Below are positions 29,888 through 38,785 of a DNA stretch of 64,000 nucleotides, in pieces. How positions within the stretch are numbered: position 1 is the first letter of the stretch; each line of letters begins with the position of its first letter. The translations under genes were made by a program, and so were the position numbers. The DNA comes from Bacteroidota bacterium (lineage in GTDB: Bacteria; Bacteroidota; Bacteroidia; Chitinophagales; UBA8649), in contig PKDX01000002.1 in NCBI GenBank assembly GCA_002862745.1, positions 12,707 to 76,706 on the forward strand, written 5' to 3'. The notes beneath the pieces were generated by a model. It had not been told where the DNA came from and searched no databases. It worked only from the letters and a program-made list of their open reading frames with translations.

Positions 29888-31282
29888 ATGCATAGATTTT
29901 GGACCCTTGTTCTGATGATTAGTTTATCTCAGTTTACTGTAGGACAGCACGTCACAAAATGCTATGAAGACCATGTCCTAAACAACTATTTCGAGCAGAG
30001 TTATCCGGGTTTCCAAGAGGCTCGAGAGGCCCTTTTTCTCAAAGCACTTGATTATGCCTCTCATCATGCTGAAGATCATCGCGCAAAGCAGCAAAGTCCC
30101 GATACAATTTATCGCTTTCCCGTAGTTGTTCATATTGTGTACAACGAGGCTGCTGAAAACTTGGACGAACAATTAATTCAAGACCAAATCAATGTACTCA
30201 CGCGAGATTTTCGAAGACAGAATGCGGACACCTCTGACTTGCGAAGTATTTTTCTTCCTGTGGCAGCCGATGCAGGAATTGAATTCTTTTTGGCTGACAT
30301 TGATCCAGATGGAAATCCCACCAATGGAATTACCAGAACGAATACGTCCACCACGAGTTTTGGAAGTATTACTTCACTTGATCTAGTAAAGGATAGTACA
30401 ACAGGAGGCAAGAATGCATGGCCCACCGATGAATATTTAAACATCTGGGTATGTGATTTATCTATTCCCCTGCTCGGCGATGCAGCGCTTGGATTTGCCT
30501 ACCCGCCCATTGAGGCTCCCAATTGGCCATCAGAGTTACAAAATACTCAAGAACAATACGAGGGAATCGTTGTCCATTACAAAGTATTCGGACCGAATAA
30601 TCCTCTAGCAACAGGGCTCCTATCCATTGCTGATCAAGGACGTACACCGGTTCATGAGATGGGGCATTATTTAGGTCTGCGTCATATATGGGGTGATGCA
30701 GGAAACCCACTGCTTGGAGGCGTAGACTGCGACCCAAACCTTGATGACGGCTTTGACGATACACCTAATGCAGGCAATAACTCGCAAGCAACTGGATGTG
30801 ATAAGACCAAAAATTCTTGTGGCGGTGGAGACCCGAATGATCTTCCCGATATGATTGAGAATTACATGGACTATTCTACCGAAACATGTCAAGTTACGTT
30901 CACAGCTCAGCAAGCCGGTCTCATGCGCGCGATGGTCGTACTCGGAAGAACAGGTATGGCAGATGTTTATGTAAATGACGTGCGAATCGTCGATGGTAAG
31001 TTTCGAGAAAATGGACCAAGTACAAATCTTCACGCATTAGAAGCAGGAAAGTCTGTGATATATCCTAATCCAAGCGCTGAAGAAATCACCATTACATGGC
31101 CTTCAAATATCGAAGGAAGAGATATATCCATTTACTCAGTTGCAGGAATTCATGTAGCATCAAGCATTCCACAAAGAGAAGTCACTACAATAGATATCTC
31201 CTCACTTTTGCCGGGGCACTACATGGTTCAAATTGAATTTACGAATGGCATAAAGGAGTTTATCCCATTAATCAAGCAGTAA
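29888..31282 (+). CDS. M43 (pappalysin/ulilysin-type) zinc metalloprotease with T9SS C-terminal domain
   Basis: HEMGHYLGLRH, Met-turn ENYMDYS, prodomain Cys, CTD IYPNPS...GHYMVQI...IKQ. Confidence 0.9.
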   Translation: MHRFWTLVLMISLSQFTVGQHVTKCYEDHVLNNYFEQSYPGFQEAREALFLKALDYASHHAEDHRAKQQSPDTIYRFPVVVHIVYNEAAENLDEQLIQDQINVLTRDFRRQNADTSDLRSIFLPVAADAGIEFFLADIDPDGNPTNGITRTNTSTTSFGSITSLDLVKDSTTGGKNAWPTDEYLNIWVCDLSIPLLGDAALGFAYPPIEAPNWPSELQNTQEQYEGIVVHYKVFGPNNPLATGLLSIADQGRTPVHEMGHYLGLRHIWGDAGNPLLGGVDCDPNLDDGFDDTPNAGNNSQATGCDKTKNSCGGGDPNDLPDMIENYMDYSTETCQVTFTAQQAGLMRAMVVLGRTGMADVYVNDVRIVDGKFRENGPSTNLHALEAGKSVIYPNPSAEEITITWPSNIEGRDISIYSVAGIHVASSIPQREVTTIDISSLLPGHYMVQIEFTNGIKEFIPLIKQ

Positions 31283-32844
31283 TGAATAACTCCAAGAAGA
31301 CCATCATGTGGGTCGATGATGAAATCGACCTCCTAAAACCTCAGCTACTTTTCTTAGAATCGAAAGGCTATGAGGTTATTGGTCTTACCAATGGAAGGGA
31401 TGCCATTGATTACTTAGAAACCAACAAAGCCATCGACATTGTCTTATTAGATGAGAGTATGGCCGGACTGAGTGGATTAGAAACCTTAGATATCCTAAAA
31501 ACAAAGCGACCTCAACTCCCCATGGTCATGGTCACAAAAAATGAGGAGGAAGATCTAATGGAAGATGCTATCGGAGCACAGATCTCCGACTACCTCATCA
31601 AACCAGTAAAGTCACAGCAATTACTGTCGAGCATCAAAAAGCTAACCGAAGACAAGACATTGATTCGGGAGCGAACGACCACCAACTACCAGCAGGCCTT
31701 TCAAAAGATGTTCACCAAAATCCAAGAATTGGAGGACTGTAAAGGATGGATCGATTTCTATAAGGAACTTGTTTGGTGGGAATTGGAACTCGACAAATCC
31801 GCATCGGTCGATGTTCACGAGATTTTCCAAATGCAAAAAAGAGAGGCTAACCGCGCTTTCACAAAATTTATTGAACGCAATTATGTTCGACTACTTAATG
31901 ATGAGAACGAGGTAATCTTCTCCCATCAGGTATTGGAAAAGTGGTTTCTTCCAACCTGTCACAAAGCAAATCATACCCTCTTGCTTGTCATAGACAATTT
32001 GCGCTATGACCAATGGAAAGTGCTCCAAAAGTTTTTGACGGATCAATACACTATACAAGATGAATCCCTGTATTTCAGTATTCTTCCTACAGCAACTCAA
32101 TATGCTCGAAATGCCTTGTTTTCAGGTTTACTGCCCAATGACATTATCAAGCACTACCCTTCCCTTTGGATTGATGAACTAGCCGAAGGCAGCAAAAACA
32201 AACATGAGGAGCAACACTTTAAGTCATTTATTGAACGAAAATCAACTCGTATTGACAAAGTGGACTTCTTTAAGGTCGCCAACTACGAAATGGGTAAATC
32301 ACTTGAAGCTCGGGCGCTCAATGTACTCAACCATGATGTTACTGCCATAGTCTACAACTTTGTAGATATGCTATCTCATGCGAAAACGGATATGGAAGTG
32401 ATTAAGGAACTCGCCAGTGACGACCGAAGCTACCGTTCATTGACAGAAAGCTGGTTTAAGAACAGTCCACTGCGACAAGCATTGATTGCACTAGCACAAA
32501 AAGATGTAGAGGTTATACTAACGACCGACCATGGCACCAAGCGCGTAAAAACAGCAAGCAAGTGCTCTGGAGAACAGTCGATCACCTCCAACACGAGATA
32601 TAAGTCTGGCCGAAAGCTCACCTACCAATCCAAAGACGTTTTTCGGGTTAAAGACCCTAGCTCTATTGGCCTACCAAGCCCGAGTTTGGGAGCGGAATAC
32701 ATCTTTGCGAAGGATGAAAACTTCTTTGTCTATCCCAATAACTTCGCGCACTTCGCCAACCACTTTAGTGATAGCTTTCAGCATGGAGGTGTGTCTTTGG
32801 AGGAGATGATTGTGCCATGGATACACTTAAAGCCAAAAGGATAA
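31282..32844 (+). CDS. porX: PorX response regulator (REC plus PglZ/alkaline-phosphatase domain)
   Basis: WVDDEIDLLKP, LLDESM, IDNLRYDQW, SILPTATQYARNALF, VDMLSH, TTDHG, SFQHGGVSLEEM. Confidence 0.93.
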   Translation: MNNSKKTIMWVDDEIDLLKPQLLFLESKGYEVIGLTNGRDAIDYLETNKAIDIVLLDESMAGLSGLETLDILKTKRPQLPMVMVTKNEEEDLMEDAIGAQISDYLIKPVKSQQLLSSIKKLTEDKTLIRERTTTNYQQAFQKMFTKIQELEDCKGWIDFYKELVWWELELDKSASVDVHEIFQMQKREANRAFTKFIERNYVRLLNDENEVIFSHQVLEKWFLPTCHKANHTLLLVIDNLRYDQWKVLQKFLTDQYTIQDESLYFSILPTATQYARNALFSGLLPNDIIKHYPSLWIDELAEGSKNKHEEQHFKSFIERKSTRIDKVDFFKVANYEMGKSLEARALNVLNHDVTAIVYNFVDMLSHAKTDMEVIKELASDDRSYRSLTESWFKNSPLRQALIALAQKDVEVILTTDHGTKRVKTASKCSGEQSITSNTRYKSGRKLTYQSKDVFRVKDPSSIGLPSPSLGAEYIFAKDENFFVYPNNFAHFANHFSDSFQHGGVSLEEMIVPWIHLKPKG

Positions 32845-33290
32845 TGAGCGATATCCTTTATCGACACATTAGCAAATCCCCTGAGGACTTGCATTTTATT
32901 TGTTCTTGGATCGCAGAACAGCCCGCGGGCCAGATCTGGTGCTGTACAGGCCCCGTAGGAGCAGGTAAAACCAGTATGGTAAAACAGTTTATTCGTCAAT
33001 TTGGAGCAAATCCAGAAGTCAATAGTCCTACCTATAGCCTTTGGCATCAATACCCGATGAAGAATGGACATGTATGCCATCATTTAGATCTTTACCGACT
33101 GCAATCACTCGAGGAGTTTATAGAACTCGACATTTTTGATTCGTTAGAAAAAGAAGATGTTTGTTTTATCGAATGGCCGGAACTTATTGAATCTTACCTC
33201 GAGCAAGAGATGATTCCTTTTTCAGTTATCGAAATTAAAGAAGGTCCGTCTCAAAGAGAATTTCGTATTTTAAAAGGAATAACCATCTGA
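32844..33290 (+). CDS. tsaE: tRNA threonylcarbamoyladenosine biosynthesis ATPase
   Basis: GPVGAGKT, VNSPTYSL, HLDLYRL, FIEWPE; TAATG junction with porX. Confidence 0.92.
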   Translation: MSDILYRHISKSPEDLHFICSWIAEQPAGQIWCCTGPVGAGKTSMVKQFIRQFGANPEVNSPTYSLWHQYPMKNGHVCHHLDLYRLQSLEEFIELDIFDSLEKEDVCFIEWPELIESYLEQEMIPFSVIEIKEGPSQREFRILKGITI

Positions 33291-33291
33291 C

Positions 33292-34494
33292 ATGGGTCTT
33301 ACTTCAAAATTAGGATTGCAACCCCTTGAGTCGCCTTCATTAGTAGCCGAGCGAAAGGGATCTCTTGACATCGGTATTCTTAAGTCTACTTCATCGGAAG
33401 AGAAACGTGTAGTCCTCACTCCGCGCAATGTAGAAATGCTAACGGCCGATGGCTATCGAGTACTAGTAGAAATCGGAGCTGGAAAGCGTGCCGGATTTCC
33501 CGACAATTTGTATGCTGAAGCTGGAGCCGTCATCACCTCAGATGTAAAAGAGATTTATAAATCACATATCCTTTTAAAGATTTGTCCATTAGATGAAAGA
33601 GATGCGGATAATGCTTCTCAGGAGCAGATAATTATTTCCCCATTACAGTTATCATCATTTGACACCAGTTTACTTGACAAGCTCGCCAAGAAAAAAGTAA
33701 CAGCTTTAGCCTTTGAGTTTTTCAGAAGTAGAGAAGGGCGATCCTTCCCCTTTGTAAAAGCTATGAGTGAAATTGCGGGCTATGCTTCCATTTTCTTAGC
33801 TTCTGAAGCATTAGGTCAACGTAATGAAAGTGGAGGAAAACTCTTCGGAGGACTCAATGGTGTTGAGCCCATTAGCGTCCTAATTCTTGGGGCAGGAATT
33901 GTGGGACGTTATGCTGCTCGAGCAGCTCGTGGGTTTGGTGCAACCGTCATGGTTATGGATGACGACATCAACAAGCTATCAAAACTCCAAGACCATGTAG
34001 GAGAACAACTCTTCACCAATATCCTAGACACTCAACTCATAGCTAAAACCCTAGAAAATACGGATGTTGTAATCGGCGCCCTTCATTCGAAAACAGGTCG
34101 TTCACCCATCGTTATCAGCGAGCATATGGTCGCAAATATGAAATCAGGATCTGTGGTTATCGATGTAAGTATAGACCAGGGTGGATGTATTGAGACCTCT
34201 GAGATAACGAGCCATGAACAACCCTTTCAATCCATTCATGATGTTTGGCATTGTGGTCTAACCAATATTCCGTCGAGGTTTTCAAAAACGGCTTCCATTG
34301 CAATAAGTCACCTCCTTGGTCCCATGTTATCCAGATCAATGGATTATGGAGGGATACATCATTTAATGCAAGAGGACAATGGCATTGCAAGAGGAGTCTA
34401 CATGTACCGTGGACAAGTTACACAAAGTGCATTAGCGCGAAGGTTTAATCTGAAAGCAACGGACTTATCCATATTATTTACAACCTCGAGATAG
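33292..34494 (+). CDS. Alanine dehydrogenase-like protein with N-terminal extension (catalytic His apparently replaced by Gln)
   Basis: EKRVVLTP, GAGIVG, VIDVSIDQGGC; ISPLQL aligns with FTYLHL of canonical Ald. Confidence 0.82.
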   Translation: MGLTSKLGLQPLESPSLVAERKGSLDIGILKSTSSEEKRVVLTPRNVEMLTADGYRVLVEIGAGKRAGFPDNLYAEAGAVITSDVKEIYKSHILLKICPLDERDADNASQEQIIISPLQLSSFDTSLLDKLAKKKVTALAFEFFRSREGRSFPFVKAMSEIAGYASIFLASEALGQRNESGGKLFGGLNGVEPISVLILGAGIVGRYAARAARGFGATVMVMDDDINKLSKLQDHVGEQLFTNILDTQLIAKTLENTDVVIGALHSKTGRSPIVISEHMVANMKSGSVVIDVSIDQGGCIETSEITSHEQPFQSIHDVWHCGLTNIPSRFSKTASIAISHLLGPMLSRSMDYGGIHHLMQEDNGIARGVYMYRGQVTQSALARRFNLKATDLSILFTTSR

Positions 34495-34496
34495 TC

Positions 34497-35219
34497 ATGC
34501 GCTTATTCCTTTGGGTTTTCCTACTGAGTAGTTTGATATCGAATGCAAAGGGTCAACATACATCTCCGTATACTTTTCGTAACTCTACTGAAATTGCTAT
34601 ACCCGTTGTAGGACTCGGTACAGCAGGCCTTTCCTATTATTTTCATCGCAACAAGCCAACGCTGACTGAAGAAAACATAGCCAATCTAACGATATCAGAT
34701 ATCAATGCCTTCGATCGAAGGGCAGTCTATCAATGGCGACCTAAATCCGCTCATCTCTCTGATGCCTTGATGTTTACCGCCATCGCAAGCCCTTTACTCC
34801 TCATGTCCAGCCAAAAGATTCGTAGGGATTGGGAAAAACCAACCGTACTCGGAGTGGAAGTCTTTTTTTTGAATTTGGGGCTAACAGGACTAATCAAAGA
34901 ACTTGTCCAAAGACCGCGTCCCTATGTTTATAATCCCGATGTACCCATGTCCTTGAAGACTTCGAGAGATGCCACTACTTCGATGTATTCGGGTCACACC
35001 TCGACTGCTGCCTCCATGTCCATGTTTAGTGCAATGACCCTTCAACATTATCATAAGGGAGCTAAATGGATGCCCTTAGTTTGGACGTCCGCTGTTATTC
35101 TGCCCCTGGGAACAGGAATTCTTAGGTACCGAGCAGGAAAACACTTTTGGAGCGATATAATCACAGGGTATGTTGCAGGAAGTCTAACAGGACTACTTGT
35201 CCCCGTCCTTCATCAATGA
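34497..35219 (+). CDS. PAP2-family phosphatase
   Basis: KELVQRPRP, SMYSGHTS, RYRAGKHFWSD. Confidence 0.88.
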   Translation: MRLFLWVFLLSSLISNAKGQHTSPYTFRNSTEIAIPVVGLGTAGLSYYFHRNKPTLTEENIANLTISDINAFDRRAVYQWRPKSAHLSDALMFTAIASPLLLMSSQKIRRDWEKPTVLGVEVFFLNLGLTGLIKELVQRPRPYVYNPDVPMSLKTSRDATTSMYSGHTSTAASMSMFSAMTLQHYHKGAKWMPLVWTSAVILPLGTGILRYRAGKHFWSDIITGYVAGSLTGLLVPVLHQ

Positions 35220-36428
35220 GGTATAACTTAGCAAGTTCGATTTATACTTGTACATGATTAATCCCATCCCTCCTAGAATCATACCTATAGAGATGATCTG
35301 AGCTTGCGACAAACCCAATGTGCTTGCAGTAGAGGTCACCCGAATACCTTCGATCAAAAAACGCTCAACACCAGCAAATATCAAAAAGCCAGCAAATAGT
35401 ATCCCTGGTTTATGGGTAAGCTTTTTTCTGAGAAAAAACAACATAAGAAATCCTCCTAGAAAAAGGAAAAACTCATAGATGCTTGTGGGATAGACACCTG
35501 CTGAAAGCTCATAGCAGTATTGACCCGTGCACCCTGAAATGGGCTCTCCCGCATTGATTACATTGTGCGCGTAAGTATTTGACCACCAAGATTCAGGAAT
35601 CCAGCTGGGCCTTGGGTTGAGATTAACAATTCCCCAATCACCATCACCGGAAAAGTGACACCCTAGACGGCCTATTCCTTGAGCAAGTAAGAAACTCAAT
35701 CCAAGCGCATCAAATAAATGGGCAATATGAATTTTGCGACGGTAGGCAAAAATCAATATAGCAAGGCCACCAAAAATCAACCCACCATAAACTGTCAGGC
35801 CACTGACAAATAAAGCGGGATTGCTCAGTAGATCACCCATGTTCTGAAAAAAGTCTTGGATACGATCTGGTTGTAAAAAATCAAAAATCTTAGCCCCAAG
35901 GATACCAAAAATTGCGGCGATAACAACCATCTCTCCTATTTGCTCATGAGGCATATAGTCCACCCATCGTCGCTCGGGCTTCGGCAACTCCTCCTTCTTA
36001 GCTTTTCGATAGGCAGGAAAGATAGATAACGCCATAGCAAGTATACCGCCCAATAAACTTCCCTCGCTACTTTGCAAATAGGCCATCTGATCAATGGATG
36101 CTTGGTCCATATTGGTAAACGCACCAATAATCTTATATCCAAAGAAAAAAGAGATTGCTCCATTAATCAACAGTTGAGTCCAATTGGGACCTGTGCCCAC
36201 CACAATTTCCCGAGGATGACCAATGAGTAGCTTCAACTCCTCGCGACGCTTTAGTTCTTGACGAAGAACAAGGGCGGCCAAAAGGAAAGCCATAGCGACA
36301 AAAAAGCCGTAGGTGTTGGGAAACATACTTGGGAAGGGCTCACCATCTCGAAACATCTCAGACAGAAAAGGTAACTTATCATTGATAAAGTCAAAAACGG
36401 TGGGGTAAGCACGTAAAATCATAACCAT
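35193..36428 (-). CDS. lgt: Prolipoprotein diacylglyceryl transferase (long form)
   Basis: TYGFFVA, GLTVYGGLIFG, GIGRLGCHFSGDGDWG, YPTSIYE, ERFLIEGIR. Confidence 0.9.
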   Translation of the reverse strand: MVMILRAYPTVFDFINDKLPFLSEMFRDGEPFPSMFPNTYGFFVAMAFLLAALVLRQELKRREELKLLIGHPREIVVGTGPNWTQLLINGAISFFFGYKIIGAFTNMDQASIDQMAYLQSSEGSLLGGILAMALSIFPAYRKAKKEELPKPERRWVDYMPHEQIGEMVVIAAIFGILGAKIFDFLQPDRIQDFFQNMGDLLSNPALFVSGLTVYGGLIFGGLAILIFAYRRKIHIAHLFDALGLSFLLAQGIGRLGCHFSGDGDWGIVNLNPRPSWIPESWWSNTYAHNVINAGEPISGCTGQYCYELSAGVYPTSIYEFFLFLGGFLMLFFLRKKLTHKPGILFAGFLIFAGVERFLIEGIRVTSTASTLGLSQAQIISIGMILGGMGLIMYKYKSNLLSYTSLMKDGDK

Positions 36429-36438
36429 AAATCCAAGA

Positions 36439-37758
36439 TTATAGTGGCCTGTTTATTGAATATACGCCTTCTTCTTCATGATATTGATTGAGGGCTACAG
36501 ATGTTATCCCCCCAAAATTAAGCTCTTCACGTCTGGCACGAACACGAATATAATTTGATGTGTAACCGTACATCCAATCATCTTTCGCATCCCCTTCTTC
36601 CCACAGAACAGGGAAAGTATGATTCTCCTGTTCACGATAGAATTGTTTAGTAAGACGATCCGAGATATTCCTTAAGATGTAGTTGCGTTCACGTCGCTTC
36701 TGAACAGGAACAGGATCAGCTAGCTGAGGGGCTCTCGTATTCTGTCGCTCACTATAGGTAAACACGTGGAGATAGCTAACCTGTAAGTCTTGCAAAAAGG
36801 AGGCGGTACGTTGAATGTCTTCATCCGTCTCTCCTGGGAAACCAACGATGACATCAACACCAATACAAGCATTCGGCATGACCGCTTTTATATGCTCTAC
36901 TCTACTGCGATATAGTGCGGTATCATATTTCCGACGCATAGCGCGTAAAAGGCGGTCGACACCCGTTTGCAAGGGAATATGAAAGTGAGGCATGAATTTC
37001 TTGGACGATGCAACAAAATCGATAATTTCATCAGTCAAAAGGTTGGGTTCAATGCTAGAAATGCGAAACCGCTCAACACCCTCTAAATCGTCCAATGCGA
37101 CAATTAAATCATGGAAATTCTCACTACCTCGCTGGCGTCCATCTTCCGAACGGCCAAAATCACCAATATTTACACCGGTTAATACAATTTCTTTAGCCCC
37201 TGATTCAATGGCTTTATGTGCCGTCTGTAGCACCTTATCTATTGAAGTGCTTCTCGAACGGCCTCTTGCAAGAGGAATAGTACAAAACGTACAGTGGTAA
37301 TCACAACCATCTTGAACTTTTAAAAAGGTACGTGTTCGATCATTTTGAGAGAAAGCTGGATCAAATCGATTTACTTCTTTAATGGATTCAACCTCTACAG
37401 AATTTGCATCAGCATCCGCCGCCATAATGGCTTCGACATCAAACTTAGCATTAGCACCCAACACAAGGTTTACTCCAGGAATTGAGGCTATGGCCTCCGG
37501 CTTCAACTGAGCATAACATCCTATGACTACTACCTTAGCTTCCGCATTATTTCGTTTAGCCTGGCGGACTAAATTTCGACACTTTTTATCAGCTTGCGCA
37601 GTGACAGAGCAAGTGTTGATTATGTAGCAATCCGAAGGCTGTGCAAAGTCCACCCGCATCCACCCTTGCTGCTCCAACTGCTGACCAATTGAAGATCCTT
37701 CCGCATAATTTAGTTTGCAGCCAAGTGTCTGTAGAGCAAAGGTTTGCGAGCGTCCCAT
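36439..37758 (-). CDS. mtaB: tRNA (N6-threonylcarbamoyladenosine(37)-C2)-methylthiotransferase
   Basis: TLGCKLNYAE, INTCSVT..ADKKCR, KVQDGCDYHCTFC, RFRISSIEP; ATG at 37758 follows a TATTTTTG -7 box. Confidence 0.93.
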   Translation of the reverse strand: MGRSQTFALQTLGCKLNYAEGSSIGQQLEQQGWMRVDFAQPSDCYIINTCSVTAQADKKCRNLVRQAKRNNAEAKVVVIGCYAQLKPEAIASIPGVNLVLGANAKFDVEAIMAADADANSVEVESIKEVNRFDPAFSQNDRTRTFLKVQDGCDYHCTFCTIPLARGRSRSTSIDKVLQTAHKAIESGAKEIVLTGVNIGDFGRSEDGRQRGSENFHDLIVALDDLEGVERFRISSIEPNLLTDEIIDFVASSKKFMPHFHIPLQTGVDRLLRAMRRKYDTALYRSRVEHIKAVMPNACIGVDVIVGFPGETDEDIQRTASFLQDLQVSYLHVFTYSERQNTRAPQLADPVPVQKRRERNYILRNISDRLTKQFYREQENHTFPVLWEEGDAKDDWMYGYTSNYIRVRARREELNFGGITSVALNQYHEEEGVYSINRPL

Positions 37759-37763
37759 GAATA

Positions 37764-37771
37764 CAAAAATA
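37764..37771 (-). promoter_or_regulatory. -7 promoter element TATTTTTG for mtaB-lgt
   Basis: Exact TAnnTTTG on the minus strand immediately upstream of the ATG. Confidence 0.6.
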
Positions 37772-37846
37772 CGGGATGTGGAAGAACCTTTTGGGACTGA
37801 ATACACAACGAAATCAACCATCTTAACAAAATGTTAGTGACTTCGC

Positions 37847-37877
37847 TTTGAATTACTCAAGTACCCGTTTATATTTA
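37847..37877 (+). promoter_or_regulatory. Primary-sigma promoter for the small lipoprotein gene (TTTG-N19-TATATTTA)
   Basis: TTTG at 37847-37850, TATATTTA at 37870-37877, 19-nt spacer. Confidence 0.65.
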
Positions 37878-37906
37878 GGTCATTCTTAAATAATTAAAAT
37901 TTTATC

Positions 37907-38044
37907 ATGAAAAAGTTTTTACCAATTTTACTAGCAGGTTTTGTAGCAATCACTGTTGTTGCTTGTGGTGGCGAAGAAGAAGCTGCTGATGGAGAAGAAG
38001 CTACAGAAGCACCTGCTGAAGAAGAAAGCGCTGAAGAGGAGTAA
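37907..38044 (+). CDS. 45-aa polyacidic lipoprotein, missing from the ORF track
   Basis: MKKFLPILLAGFVAITVVA-CGGEEEAADGEEATEAPAEEESAEEE*; basic n-region, h-region, lipobox VVAC; own promoter and terminator. Confidence 0.85.
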   Translation: MKKFLPILLAGFVAITVVACGGEEEAADGEEATEAPAEEESAEEE

Positions 38045-38071
38045 GTATAAATCACTTCTTCGATTTTATCT

Positions 38072-38099
38072 AGCCGAGGATATTCCTCGGCTTTTTTTT
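38072..38099 (+). terminator. Intrinsic terminator
   Basis: AGCCGAGGA-TAT-TCCTCGGCT followed by a T-tract. Confidence 0.88.
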
Positions 38100-38142
38100 G
38101 CCCTTATGTCAGATAGACAAGAGTTTTGGCACAGACATTGAA
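38099..38142 (+). promoter_or_regulatory. Sigma54-type promoter (TGGCAC-N5-TTGA) with upstream TGCCC-TTA-TGTCAG element, before yceI
   Basis: TGGCACAGACATTGAA at 38127-38142 (GG-N10-GA); element at 38099-38112. Confidence 0.55.
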
Positions 38143-38195
38143 ACCAAAACAGAGATCATCTTGTTCAACCAACTCAACATCTAACAAAACGCATT

Positions 38196-38762
38196 ATGAA
38201 AAAATATCTCGCTTTAATCCTTACAGTGATTTTATCCTCAAACATTGTACAAGCTCAACAGAGGGTTGAGGTTGATGTTGAAAAAAGTAATGTCGAATGG
38301 CTTGCCAAAAAAGTAGGAGGACAACATGATGGGTTAGTCAGCATTCAAAAGGCCAATATTACATTCAATAGCCAAGGCGAGGTAAGTCAAGCAAATATTG
38401 TAATGGACATGACCAGCATTACCGTTGAAGATTTAAGCGGTGGGGCGAAAAATTCCCTAACCAACCATCTCAAAGATCCCGACTTCTTTAATACCGAAGA
38501 CTATCCAGAAGCTTCCTTTACTGTTAAAGAGGGCAACGGCAAACCAGGAGAGGTTCTAGGCATACTAACCATAAAAGATATTTCCAAAGAATACGCGCTT
38601 CAATACGAGTATAAGGACGGCGAAATCAAAGGAAAATTAGTTATTGACCGCACAGACTTTGATATTATGTATAAATCCAAATCCATCTTAGATGCCAAAG
38701 CTGTGGCTGATGGCTTCATTTATGACGAGTTTACGATTACGTTTACCCTAGTAAGCAAATAG
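38196..38762 (+). CDS. YceI-family periplasmic lipid/polyisoprenoid-binding protein
   Basis: Signal peptide; SNVEWLAKKVGGQHDG, MDMTSI, HLKDPDFFNTEDYPEASF, IDRTDFDI. Confidence 0.9.
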   Translation: MKKYLALILTVILSSNIVQAQQRVEVDVEKSNVEWLAKKVGGQHDGLVSIQKANITFNSQGEVSQANIVMDMTSITVEDLSGGAKNSLTNHLKDPDFFNTEDYPEASFTVKEGNGKPGEVLGILTIKDISKEYALQYEYKDGEIKGKLVIDRTDFDIMYKSKSILDAKAVADGFIYDEFTITFTLVSK

Positions 38763-38785
38763 GGCTTTTACCTTCAATTGATGAC

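Noticed and set aside
37956-38141. 61-aa ORF-track call MLLVVAKKK...
   Set aside because: It is the off-frame shadow of the 45-aa lipoprotein and runs through the terminator
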